Assembly: GCA_950097015.1 (NCBI GenBank)
Contig: CATNEN010000011.1
Coordinates: 2,356,001-2,420,000 of the forward strand
From: Macrostomum hystrix
Lineage: Eukaryota; Animalia; Platyhelminthes
Length of the DNA: 64,000 nt
Reading direction: 5' to 3'
The notes under the pieces are model-generated. The model worked only from the letters and a program-made list of their open reading frames with translations, was not told where the DNA came from and did not search any database. The translations under genes and the position numbers were made by a program. This document shows, in pieces, positions 37,030 through 50,000 of the stretch. Within the stretch, counting starts at the first letter, position 1. The number at the start of each line of letters is the position of its first letter.

Positions 37030-37597
37030 GGTTAAAAATATATGAATATACTAGCAGACGATTGAAATCTGCTTTCCTCAAGGCTTTATACTCGAAAATT
37101 TATGCATGGGTTGTTCGGATAGGGATATGAGATAGCAAGCAAGAAGCAGATAAAGCAGCTGATTGGATATTCCAGCTACTAGTGTAAAACAGAGCACGGT
37201 ACACACCCCAGAACACTTATTTTGTCAGGCATTAGCGATAAAACGTAAGGACAAAGCACTAAGAACTAAATGCAATAGAGGATACGCAATCGTCACTATA
37301 AAATGCGAAGGCTTTTAATAATGCGAAGACTATAAAACACGAGGCTTGAAATCTCAACACTCAACTTCAAACGCTAAAGCCTCAAAAGCCGACAAACATA
37401 AGAGGGCATTAGTACTTCAAATAATAAAAAAACAAATAGCAAAAATCAGATCCAACATGCAAAAATTGAGAACCATGTGCACGACAAGGCAAAAATATTA
37501 CCCTGCATTACCAATTGCGCATTACATCCCTACATGTTGCGCAACTCAACGCTAAAAATACGCAGGCATCTCAGAGTGAGGGTGTTGTGTTGTGCCC

Positions 37598-40500
37598 ACT
37601 TTTAAAATGGGAGATATCAGAGTGGGGGGGGACTCGAGGGTCTACAACTCCGAGACGCGACTAGTCAGGGCTCTGAAATTTTACAGCCGTGTTCACAGAT
37701 AATGTTTCCTTCCAGATCTGAGTTTTCAGCTTCTTTTGACCACCAGATTCAGTGAGGTGACGAAAAGTACTTTTAAAATGGGAGATATCAGAGTGGGGGG
37801 GACTCGAGGGTCTACAACTCCGAGACGCGACTAGTCAGGGCTCTGAAATTTTACAGCCGTGTTCACAGATAATGTTTCCTTCCAGATCTGTTTTTTCAGC
37901 TTCTTTTGACCACCAGATTCAGTGAGGTGACGAAAAGTACTTTTAAAATGGGAGATATCAGAGTGGGGGGGACTCGAGGGTCTACAACTCCGAGACGCGA
38001 CTAGTCAGGGCTCTGAAATTTTACAGCCGTGTTCACAGATAATGTTTCCTTCCAGATCTGAGTTTTCAGCCTCGTCTGACCACCAGATTCAGTAAGGTGA
38101 CGAAAAGTACTTTTAAAATGGGAGATATCAGAGTGGGGGGGACTCGAGGGTCTACAACTCCGAGACGCGACTAGTCAGGGCTCTGAAATTTTACAGCCGT
38201 GTTCACAGATAATGTTTCCTTCCAGATCTGAGTTTTCAGCTTCTTTTGACCACCAGATTCAGTGAGGTGACGAAAAGTACTTTTAAAATGGGAGATATCA
38301 GAGTGGGGGGGACTCGAGGGTCTACAACTCCGAGACGCGACTAGTCAGGGCTCTGAAATTTTACAGCCGTGTTCACAGATAATGATTCCTTCCAGATCTG
38401 AGTTTTCAGCTTCTTTTGACCACCAGATTCAGTGAGGTGACGAAAAGTACTTTTAAAATGGGAGATATCAGAGTGGGGGGGACTCGAGGGTCTACAACTT
38501 CGAGACGCGACTAGTCAGGGCTCTGAAATTTTACAGCCGTGTTCACAGATAATGTTTCCTTCCAAAACTGAGTTTTCAGCTTCTTTTGACCACCAGATTC
38601 AGTGAGGTGACGAAAAGTACTTTTAAAATGGGAGATATCAGAGTGGGGGGGACTCGAGGGTCTACAACTCCGAGACGCGACTAGTCAGGGCTCTGAAATT
38701 TTACAGCCGTGTTCACAGATAATGTTTCCTTCCAGATCTGAGTTTTCAGCTTCTTTTGACCACCAGATTCAGTGAGGTGACGAAAAGTACTTTTAAAATG
38801 GGAGATATCAGAGTGGGGGGGACTCGAGGGTCTACAACTCCGAGACGCGACTAGTCAGGGCTCTGAAATTTTACAGCCGTGTTCACAGATAATGTTTCCT
38901 TCTAGATCTGAGTTTTCAGCCTCGTCTGACCACCAGATTAAGTGAGGTGACGAAAAGTACTTTTAAAATGGGAGATATCAGAGTGGGGGGGACTCGAGGG
39001 TCTACAACTCCGAGATGCGACTAGTCAGGGCTCTGAAATTTTACAGCCGTGTTCACAGATAATGTTTCCTTCTAGATCTGAGTTTTCAGCATCGTCTGAC
39101 CACCAGATTCAGTGAGGTGACGAAAAGTACTTTTAAAATGGGAGATATCAGAGTGGGGGGGACTCGAGGGTCTACAACTCCGAGACGCGACTAGTCAGGG
39201 CTCTGAAATTTTACAGCCGTGTTCACAGATAATGTTTCCTTCCAGATCTGTTTTTTCAGCTTCTTTTGACCACCAGATTCAGTGAGGTGACGAAAAGTAC
39301 TTTTAAAATGGGAGATATCAGAGTGGGGGGGACTCGAGGGTCTACAACTCCGAGACGCGACTAGTCAGGGCTCTGAAATTTTACAGCCGTGTTCACAGAT
39401 AATGTTTCCTTCCAGATCTGTTTTTTCAGCTTCTTTTGACCACCAGATTCAGTGAGGTGACGAAAAGTACTTTTAAAATGGGAGATATCAGAGTGGGGGG
39501 GACTCGAGGGTCTACAACTCCGAGACGCGACTAGTCAGGGCTCTGAAATTTTACAGCCGTGTTCACAGATAATGTTTCCTTCCAGATCTGAGTTTTCAGC
39601 CTCGTCTGACCACCAGATTCAGTAAGGTGACGAAAAGTACTTTTAAAATGGGAGATATCAGAGTGGGGGGGACTCGAGGGTCTACAACTCCGAGACGCGA
39701 CTAGTCAGGGCTCTGAAATTTTACAGCCGTGTTCACAGATAATGTTTCCTTCCAGATCTGAGTTTTCAGCTTCTTTTGACCACCAGATTCAGTGAGGTGA
39801 CGAAAAGTACTTTTAAAATGGGAGATATCAGAGTGGGGGGGACTCGAGGGTCTACAACTCCGAGACGCGACTAGTCAGGGCTCTGAAATTTTACAGCCGT
39901 GTTCACAGATAATGTTTCCTTCTAGATCTGAGTTTTCAGCCTCGTCTGACCACCAGATTAAGTGAGGTGACGAAAAGTACTTTTAAAATGGGAGATATCA
40001 GATTGGGGGGGACTCGAGGGTCTACAACTCCGAGATGCGACTAGTCAGGGCTCTGAAATTTTACAGCCGTGTTCACAGATAATGTTTCCTTCTAGATCTG
40101 AGTTTTCAGCATCGTCTGACCACCAGATTCAGTGAGGTGACGAAAAGTACTTTTAAAATGGGAGATATCAGAGTGGGGGGGACTCGAGGGTCTACAACTC
40201 CGAGACGCGACTAGTCAGGGCTCTGAAATTTTACAGCCGTGTTCACAGATAATGATTCCTTCCAGATCTGAGTTTTCAGCTTCTTTTGACCACCAGATTC
40301 AGTGAGGTGACGAAAAGTACTTTTAAAATGGGAGATATCAGAGTGGGGGGGACTCGAGGGTCTACAACTTCGAGACGCGACTAGTCAGGGCTCTGAAATT
40401 TTACAGCCGTGTTCACAGATAATGTTTCCTTCCAAAACTGAGTTTTCAGCTTCTTTTGACCACCAGATTCAGTGAGGTGACGAAAAGTACTTTTAAAATG

Positions 40501-42303
40501 GGAGATATCAGAGTGGGGGGGACTCGAGGGTCTACAACTCCGAGACGCGACTAGTCAGGGCTCTGAAATTTTACAGCCGTGTTCACAGATAATGTTTCCT
40601 TCCAGATCTGAGTTTTCAGCTTCTTTTGACCACCAGATTCAGTGAGGTGACGAAAAGTACTTTTAAAATGGGAGATATCAGAGTGGGGGGGACTCGAGGG
40701 TCTACAACTCCGAGACGCGACTAGTCAGGGCTCTGAAATTTTACAGCCGTGTTCACAGATAATGTTTCCTTCTAGATCTGAGTTTTCAGCCTCGTCTGAC
40801 CACCAGATTAAGTGAGGTGACGAAAAGTACTTTTAAAATGGGAGATATCAGAGTGGGGGGGACTCGAGGGTCTACAACTCCGAGATGCGACTAGTCAGGG
40901 CTCTGAAATTTTACAGCCGTGTTCACAGATAATGTTTCCTTCTAGATCTGAGTTTTCAGCATCGTCTGACCACCAGATTCAGTGAGGTGACGAAAAGTAC
41001 TTTTAAAATGGGAGATATCAGAGTGGGGGGGACTCGAGGGTCTACAACTCCGAGACGCGACTAGTCAGGGCTCTGAAATTTTACAGCCGTGTTCACAGAT
41101 AATGTTTCCTTCCAGATCTGTTTTTTCAGCTTCTTTTGACCACCAGATTCAGTGAGGTGACGAAAAGTACTTTTAAAATGGGAGATATCAGAGTGGGGGG
41201 GACTCGAGGGTCTACAACTCCGAGACGCGACTAGTCAGGGCTCTGAAATTTTACAGCCGTGTTCACAGATAATGTTTCCTTCCAGATCTGTTTTTTCAGC
41301 TTCTTTTGACCACCAGATTCAGTGAGGTGACGAAAAGTACTTTTAAAATGGGAGATATCAGAGTGGGGGGGACTCGAGGGTCTACAACTCCGAGACGCGA
41401 CTAGTCAGGGCTCTGAAATTTTACAGCCGTGTTCACAGATAATGTTTCCTTCCAGATCTGAGTTTTCAGCCTCGTCTGACCACCAGATTCAGTAAGGTGA
41501 CGAAAAGTACTTTTAAAATGGGAGATATCAGAGTGGGGGGGACTCGAGGGTCTACAACTCCGAGATGCGACTAGTCAGGGCTCTGAAATTTTACAGCCGT
41601 GTTCACAGATAATGTTTCCTTCCAGATCTGAGTTTTCAGCTTCTTTTGACCACCAGATTCAGTGAGGTGACGAAAAGTACTTTTAAAATGGGAGATATCA
41701 GAGTGGGGGGGACTCGAGGGTCTACAACTCCGAGACGCGACTAGTCAGGGCTCTGAAATTTTACAGCCGTGTTCACAGATAATGTTTCCTTCTAGATCTG
41801 AGTTTTCAGCCTCGTCTGACCACCAGATTAAGTGAGGTGACGAAAAGTACTTTTAAAATGGGAGATATCAGATTGGGGGGGACTCGAGGGTCTACAACTC
41901 CGAGATGCGACTAGTCAGGGCTCTGAAATTTTACAGCCGTGTTCACAGATAATGTTTCCTTCTAGATCTGAGTTTTCAGCATCGTCTGACCACCAGATTC
42001 AGTGAGGTGACGAAAAGTACTTTTAAAATGGGAGATATCAGAGTGGGGGGGACTCGAGGGTCTACAACTCCGAGACGCGACTAGTCAGGGCTCTGAAATT
42101 TTACAGCCGTGTTCACAGATAATGTTTCCTTCCAGATCTGAGTTTTCAGCCTCGTCTGACCACCAGATTCAGTAAGGTGACGAAAAGTACTTTTAAAATG
42201 GGAGATATCAGAGTGGGGGGGACTCGAGGGTCTACAACTCCGAGACGCGACTAGTCAGGGCTCTGAAATTTTACAGCCGTGTTCACAGATAATGTTTCCT
42301 TCC
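37598..42303 (-). repeat. 170-bp tandem array, ~28 copies (right arm, inverted relative to the left)
   Basis: Reverse complement of the left-arm unit. Variants recur at a 1870-bp offset (38381/40251, 38561/40431, 39251/41121, 40001/41871). Confidence 0.97.
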
Positions 42304-44052
42304 TTATCTTTGCTCTCAGCTGTATATGATGTACGAGTAATAATCCTGCGAAGTGCAAAAGTGAGGTTATATTTTTAGTTTTTTTGATGAAGTTTACGAT
42401 GATTATAAAAATAATAAATTATACAAACACATTCAATGAGGTGAGTTTTGAGTTGTGATTTTAGTAGTTGCGATATTTAGTTAACCGCTTTTTGTATTCG
42501 TTTACTCAGTTGGTTGAGCAAATTTGTTTTATTCTATGAAAAAAATATATTAGAAAACGTTTTGTGAAAGTAAACGATTTTTTTGTGTGTTGTGCGCAAG
42601 TTCGTCGATATTTATTAATTTTATTCTCAATAATGATATTTTCGGACTGATTTATAAGTATTTCATCTGTTAGAAGTCTTTTTATTAGTTGCTTGTCGAT
42701 TTTTTGTTGGCTATAACATAATTTTTTTCTGGTACTGGTTCTGGTACTGGTTCTGGTACTGGAAGTATAGACGTCTACAAATATTTTTTTCCAGAAATTG
42801 TTATATATTTTAAGTGCCAAGAGCCTTGTAAAATCATAATTTAAATAAGTTTTGAAGTATAACCCCTGAAGTTGAAATTTCATTTTGCTGTGATCTTATA
42901 ACAATAACTTTTAATATCTTAAATATGTTTCACAAGCAAATGAACTAAACTTCAATTCTTCTAGCTTATCACATTCACTCAAAGGAGACTCTGTCCCAAT
43001 CCATAGGCCTATCAAAGATTATGTTAATTGATGAAATTGGAAGTTCAAAACTGTGCATTTGTATAGCTACATGCTATGTGATGAATGAAAAGTTAATTTG
43101 TAGGCCTATTACCCCTTTCACCTTTGTTTTATGATTCTTTTATGTTACTGACAACATTTTTTTTATGTTACTGTCATAATTATGGTGATCATTAAAAAAG
43201 TCTGGGGGTAGGAAGCAGTGTGTAATTAATTAATTAGCTATGTCCTTTATTAGTGTAACAGGGCATATTACTCTAATTTTCTCTCTCTTGGTAGCGTATC
43301 TCTTGGCACAAGCGGTTTATCCTTCTAAGGCACTGGTCTCTTATTCTCCAGTCTTTGCTGGGCGTTTTCTGTGGATCAGAGGGTCACAGCCTTAAATGAC
43401 CAACTCAACACTTGAACACCTTCTTACTCAGTTATAGCTTATTTGCTTTTCACCACACTGGCACCTTGCTTTGTCTCATAGAAATTGCACTCATTTATAT
43501 ACACAAAAAAGGTTTGTTAAAATGAATGAATTTGATAGAATATTTATAATATTTTACATATAAAATTTTTTAGTGCATTTAAACAAAGAGCATAGGTATG
43601 AATTTGACTTAAAAAATAATAAAAGTATCCCTACTACATTAGCAAATAAATTAAAAAACAAGCACTAATTTATTATAATCTTGGCATATACAAATTGTCA
43701 ATCTGATAAAATTTATTACTTTTAATAAATTTTGTGATAGTTTTGACTAATAAGTTGTTTACATTTTATATAGACTTTTAATCTACATAACAATGTATGG
43801 TCATATTTGTTATGCTATATGATCTTGCCTGCTTCACCTAGTGTCACCAAATTATGTGCTAAAGTATTTATTTTTTAGATTCATCAGTGATGATCTCCTA
43901 TGTAAAATTTTTGTGAATGCATTTTTTTTATTTGAACTTGGCCTATTTCATTTTCAGCCCAGTCTGCATCAATAAGCTTCACTACTTTTGGAAACTGGCT
44001 TTTTAAATAACTGAGTTAAATTATTTTATCTTCAAGAGAATCTGTGCCACAC

Positions 44053-47000
44053 ATGCCACTAAGTATTGGTCGAATTGCATTGTCCAGCGCTGCCAATTAT
44101 TGTCAACTACCAAGGCTTCTGCAGGCACAGCGTCTAATCAATCTGAGAACAATGTCTTCCGCGCCTGGCTATTTGATTAATGAGCCTAAATATGCTTGGC
44201 TGAAGGATCTGGGATTGCAGGTAAATTGTTTTCAAACTCCAATGCTTATTGAATAGCCATTTTTAGGCAGCACAAGCTGATAATTTAAATACTTATTTAG
44301 TTTTTAGCTAGGGCAACCCACGATGGAAATTTCAAAATGGTAGGCTTGCGGTGAGGATTATTTGAGTTAATCCTCTATTAATCCTGTTGAGTTTAATAGA
44401 ACAAAAAAGCGTAGTGGTTTAAGCGTCGGACTAACGACTCGAAAACGGGGGCTTCGATTCCCGACTCTACTAGAGCCATTTGTGTCCTCTACTTTTTTAT
44501 TATACCCGGCCATAATTAGGCCAGTTGCGCTGCTGACAGCACAGCCGCAGCTATTGCGCGGCGCATCGTAAAGCTGCGTACTGCTGTTCAGTCCATGGAC
44601 TGTTGGGATTCGAACCTCAGTTGCCACAGATAATTCTGGTACCCATTTAACATCTAGGCCTAGGGTGAACTGAAACAATGCAGAGTTAAGTTTCTTATTA
44701 TAAGACTCAAAATGTTCTAGTGGAGTAGAAAATCAAACCCTCGACCTCAAAGTCGTGGGTTCGATTGCTCTAACAACTGAGCTACAACCTCCCTAAGCTT
44801 CGACCCCCTAAGCTACAACACCCCTAAGCTACAACCCCTAAGCTACAACCCCCTAAGCTACAACCCCCTAAGCTACAACCCCCTAAACTACAACCCCCTA
44901 AGCTACAACCCTCTCAGCTACAACCCTCTAAGCTACAACCCCCTAAGCTACAACCCCCTAAGCTACAACCCCCTTAAGCTACAACCCCCTAAGCTACAAC
45001 CCCCTAAGCTACAACCCCCTAGGAATATATAATTTAGACCCCCTAAGCTACAAACCCCTAAGCTACAACCCCCTAAGCTACAACCCTCTAAGCTACAACC
45101 CTCTAAGCTACAACCCCCTAAGCTACAACCCCCTAAGCTACAACCCTCTAAGCTACAACCCTCTAAGCTACAACCCTCTAAGCTACAACCCTCTAAGCTA
45201 CAACCATCTAAGCTACAACCCTCTAAGCTACAACCCCCTAAGCTACAACCCCCTAAGCTACAACCCTCTAATCTACAACCCTCTAAGCTACAACCCTCTA
45301 AGCTACAACCCTCTAAGCTACAACCCTCTAAGCTACAACCCCCTAAGCTACAACCCCCTAAGCTACAACCCCCTAAGCTACAACCTCCTTAAGCTACAAC
45401 CCGCTTAAGCTACAACCCCCTAAGCTACGACCCCCTAAGAATATATAATTTAGACCCCCTAAGCTACAACCCCCTAAGCTACAACCCCCTAAGAATATAT
45501 AATTTAGACCCCCTAAGCTACAACCCCCTAAGCTACAACCCCCTAAGCTACACCCCCCTAAGCTACAACCCCCTAAGCTACAAACCCCTAAGCTACAACC
45601 CCTAAGCTACAACCCCTAAGCTACTACCCCTAAGCTACACCCCCCTAAGCTACAACCCCCTAAGCTACAACCCCCTAAGCCGTATTGAGAATTTAGAGAA
45701 TTAACCAGAATTTGCTCTCCCCAAACAATGCCTAATGGCAGGAGGTTAACAAGGGAGTGTACAGCTCAGGCAGTTGGATTGGCAGCGGCAGTAAAATCGA
45801 CTCCGTCTGCCCGGCCAACGGTCGGCCAATCGCGGCGGTGATCGAAGGCACAACAGCTGAGTACAACCAGCTGGTGGAGGCTGCCAGAGAGGCTTGGCCA
45901 ATCTGGGCTGAGACTCCGGCTCCTGCTCGCGGCGAGATAGTTCGCCAGATTGGTGACAATCTGCGCAAGAACCTGCAACCGCTGGGCCGGTTGGTCTCAC
46001 TGGAGATGGGCAAGATTCTGCCTGAAGGCGTCGGCGAAGTTCAAGAATTTGTTGACATCTGCGATTACGCTGTTGGACTGTCGAGAACGATGAGCGGCCT
46101 GGTGAGTAACAAGTCTTTATCTGAGTTGAAACTGAACTGCAACTAAGGTTCGAACTCTTCTCTCAATCAGAATTTCAAAGCTCTAAAACATTCGAGATTG
46201 GTTTTAAAGTGGTTTTAAAGATTTTAAATAGTAGCATTTCTTTAAATGCAGTCGCGCCAGTTACGTTAACAATGTAAAAAAGAAATTATTTTGTCAACCG
46301 CATATTCAGTAGCTATTCATAGCTAATCATGTTAGTGTCTAATCTTACTTGGTCTGAGATTATTAAAGCAAAAGTCATAAGGTTTTCTGTCCCTTCTGTA
46401 AGGTTAGGAAATTCTGCATAGTTCTGCATGGATAGATAATATATTCTTGTATGTAGCCTAAATTAAGACGCCACTTAGTGTCTTAGTGTGCTGAAACTAG
46501 TGATCAGTGGTTTTTATATACTTTAACACTCAATCTCGTCATGCTTAAGATTATTGCGTTAATGTCATAAGGTACAACCACTAGACTCGATGTTTTATCA
46601 AATGATATCAAAGTAGAGAGAATTAGGGATGAATTCGATAATCCACCGGTGGATATCAAAGTAGGAAGAATTATGGATAAATTCGATAATCCACCGGTGG
46701 ATATCAAAGTAGGAAGAATTATGGATAAATTCGATAATCCACCGGAGGAATCAAAGTAGAAAGAATTAGGGATAAATTTGATAATCTTCTGGGGATATCA
46801 AAGTAGAGAGAATTAGGGATAAATTCGATTATCCACCGGAGGATATCAAAGTAGGGAGAATTAGGGATACATTTTATACTCCACTGGAGGATATCAAAGT
46901 AGGGAGAATTAGGGATACATTTTATACTCCACCGGAGGATATCAAAGTAGGGAGAATTAGGGATACATTTTATACTCCACTGGAGGATATCAAAGTAGGG

Positions 47001-50000
47001 AGAATTAGGGATAAATTCGATAATCCTCCGTAGAATATCAAATTAGGGACAGAATGGAGGACAAAATTGATAATCCTATTAAGGATACCAAGCAGGGAGT
47101 AGTGGGTAGATAATTAAAGCAGCTTTTGCTTTTGTGAATCATCCTCGGTAAAGCATGAGAGAATAAGGATTTCACCTCGGCCATTTACTGAGGGATCCTA
47201 TTTATAATTAAACAATCCCAATCGCCACGTCCCAAATATCCCAAAGGTGCTACCGTCGGAACGTCCGCATCACACCCTGCTGGAGAAGTGGAATCCCCTT
47301 GGCGTTGTGGGCGTCATCACGGCCTTCAACTTTCCCTGCGCCGTGTTTGGATGGAATTTCAGCCTATCGGCTGTGTGCGGCAACTGCACATTGTGGAAGG
47401 GCGCGCCAAGCACTCCATTGACAACGCTGGCCGTTACTAAAGTTGTCGCCGAAGTACTGGAGCGCAACAATGTACCCGCTGGCGTCCTGTCAGCGATCTG
47501 CGCCGGCGCTGATGTCGGAGCCGCCATCGCCAACGACGAGCGAATCCCACTGGTGTCATTCACTGGCAGTTGCGGCGTGGGACGACAGGTTCGTGCAATT
47601 CGTGATGCTGCTGAGTTTTATAACACCTGAACCCCATCTAATAGATATCCTAAAATTGCATTCCGTATCTAATACTCGTAGAAATCCTCAAGTCCCATTC
47701 CGTATCTAATAGAAATCCCAAAATCCCATTCCGTAACTGATAGAAATCCTCAAATCCCATTCCGTATCTAATAGAAATCCTAAAGTCCCATTCCGTATCT
47801 AATAGAAATCCTCAAATCCCATTTTGTATCTGAAAAAATCCCTAAATCCCTTTCAGTATCTAATAGAAATCCTCAAGTCCCATTCCGTATCTAATAGAAA
47901 TCCTCAAATCCCATTCCGTATCTAATAGAAATCCTCAAAACCCATTCCGTATCTAATAGAAATCCTCAAATCCCGTTCCGTATCTAATATAAATCCTGTT
48001 ATCCCATTCCGTATCTAATATAAATCCTGTTATCCCATTCCGTATCTAATAGAAATCCTCAAATTCCATTTTGTATCTGAAAAAATTCCTAAATCCCATT
48101 CAGTATCTATTAGAAATCCTCAAGTTCCATTTTGTATCTGAAAAAATCCCTAAATCCCATTCAGTATCTAATAGAAATCCTAAAATCCTATTCCGTATCT
48201 AATGGAAATCCTAAAATCCTATTCCGTATCTAATGGAAATCCTGATATCCCATATCTACTTCTCATTCTCATTCCCATACAATCCCAAGTTTTTGCTCTG
48301 TTTCCTAATAATGCTGCAATAATCTGCAGGTAGCCGTTACCGTAGCGGGCAGATTCGGTCGCAGTCTTCTAGAACTGGGTGGCAACAATGCCATCCTGGT
48401 GAATGCCGATGCCGATCTGGACATGGTGGTCCAATCGGCCGTGTTCGCCTGCGCTGGCACAGCCGGCCAAAGGTGCACCACAACACGCCGGCTGGTGCTG
48501 CACAGCTCCGTGTACGATCAGGTTGTTGCCAGGCTGGCCAAAGCTTTTGAATCTCTCATGACTAAGGCTGGCGATCCTATTGAGTCCGGCGTTCTGTACG
48601 GCCCCCTGCACTCTCTGGCGTCTGTTGAAAGGTGAGCTGATTGAGATTGTTTTAAATCTCCTAGAGATTTTTTTTAATCTCCTAGAGATTTTTTTAAATC
48701 TCCTAGAGATTTTTTTAAATCTCCTAGAGATTTTAAATCTCCTAGAGATTTTTTTAAATCTCCTAGAGATTTTTTTAAATCTCCTAGAGATTTTTTTAAA
48801 TCTCCTAGAGATTTTTTTAAATCTCCTAGAGATTTTTTTAAATCTCCATCCTAGAGATTCTAGATTCTAGAGATTTTTTAAATCCTTTTAGGATTTTCTA
48901 AAATCTAATTGGGTTTAAAGTCTCAATGATAATTTCTCCCGCCCCATCCCGCCTTCCCGTAGGTACGAGTCGGCCATTGCCCGAGCCAAAGCTGACGGCG
49001 GGCACGTGGCCTACGGCGGCAAGCGCTTGGCTAAGCTTGCTAACAGCGGCGGCTACTTTGTCGAGCCCACCATTATCACTGGCCTGAAGCCGGACTCGCC
49101 GCTGGTGCAAGAGGAAACTTTCGCCCCCATTGTTTACGCTCTGAAGTGCGACTCGTTGGACGAGGCTATCAAGATTAACAACTCAGTGCGGGTTTTTTTC
49201 ATTTTTATTGGTTGCTTTATTCATGGTTACACAGATTAAAAATTCTGGGATTTTAAAAGATTGTGGGTTTTTCGGATTCAAAATTATTTGGGATTCTAAG
49301 CTTCTGGCAGGCTTAAAATCCCGGAATTTAAACGGTTCTGAGATTCTGGGATTTGTACTGATCGGGATTCTATGGGTACAACATGTTGGGATTCTGGGAT
49401 TTTATTTAATCTCAGATTATACGAGTAGGATTCATGCAGATTTTAGATTTCGAGATTTAAAACAGATAAAGATTCTGGGATTCAAACCGATTGGGATTCT
49501 AGGATTCAAACTGATTTAGGATTCTGGGATTCGAAAACCGATTGGGATTCTAGGATTCAAACTGATTTAGGATTCTGGGATTCAAACTGATTGGGATTCT
49601 GAGATTCAAACTGATCAAGATTCTCGGATTCAAACTGATCAGGATTCTGGGATTCAAACTGATTGGGATTTTCAAACTGATTAGGATTCTGGGATTTAAA
49701 CTGATCAGGATTCTGGGATTCAAACTGATTGGGATTCTGGGATTCAAACTGATTAGGATTCTAGGATTTAAACTGATCAGGATTCTGGGATTCAAACTGA
49801 TCAAGATTCTGGGATTCAAACTGATTGGGATTCTGAGATTCAAACTGATCAAGATTCTCGGATTCAAACTGATCAGGATTCTGGGATTCAAACTGATTGG
49901 GATTTTCAAACTGATTAGGATTCTGGGATTTTCAAACTGATTAGGATTCTGGGATTTAAACTGATCAAGATTCTCGGATTCAAACTGATCAGGATTCTGG

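Larger units (their letters stand above)
26089..42774 (-). mobile_element. Foldback/NOF-type Mutator-like (MULE) DNA transposon, 16.7 kb, with ~5.7-kb and ~5.2-kb inverted arms
   Basis: 26089-26556 is the reverse complement of 42304-42774 (about 10 differences by eye). Both continue into a 170-bp tandem array in inverted orientation. The central ORF has MULE motifs. No 9-bp TSD found. Confidence 0.9.

Noticed and set aside
26557-42303. CRISPR array or rDNA/tRNA tandem cluster
   Set aside because: Units are near-identical over their whole length with no unique spacers, there are no cas genes, the context is eukaryotic, and no rRNA or tRNA structure is recognisable.
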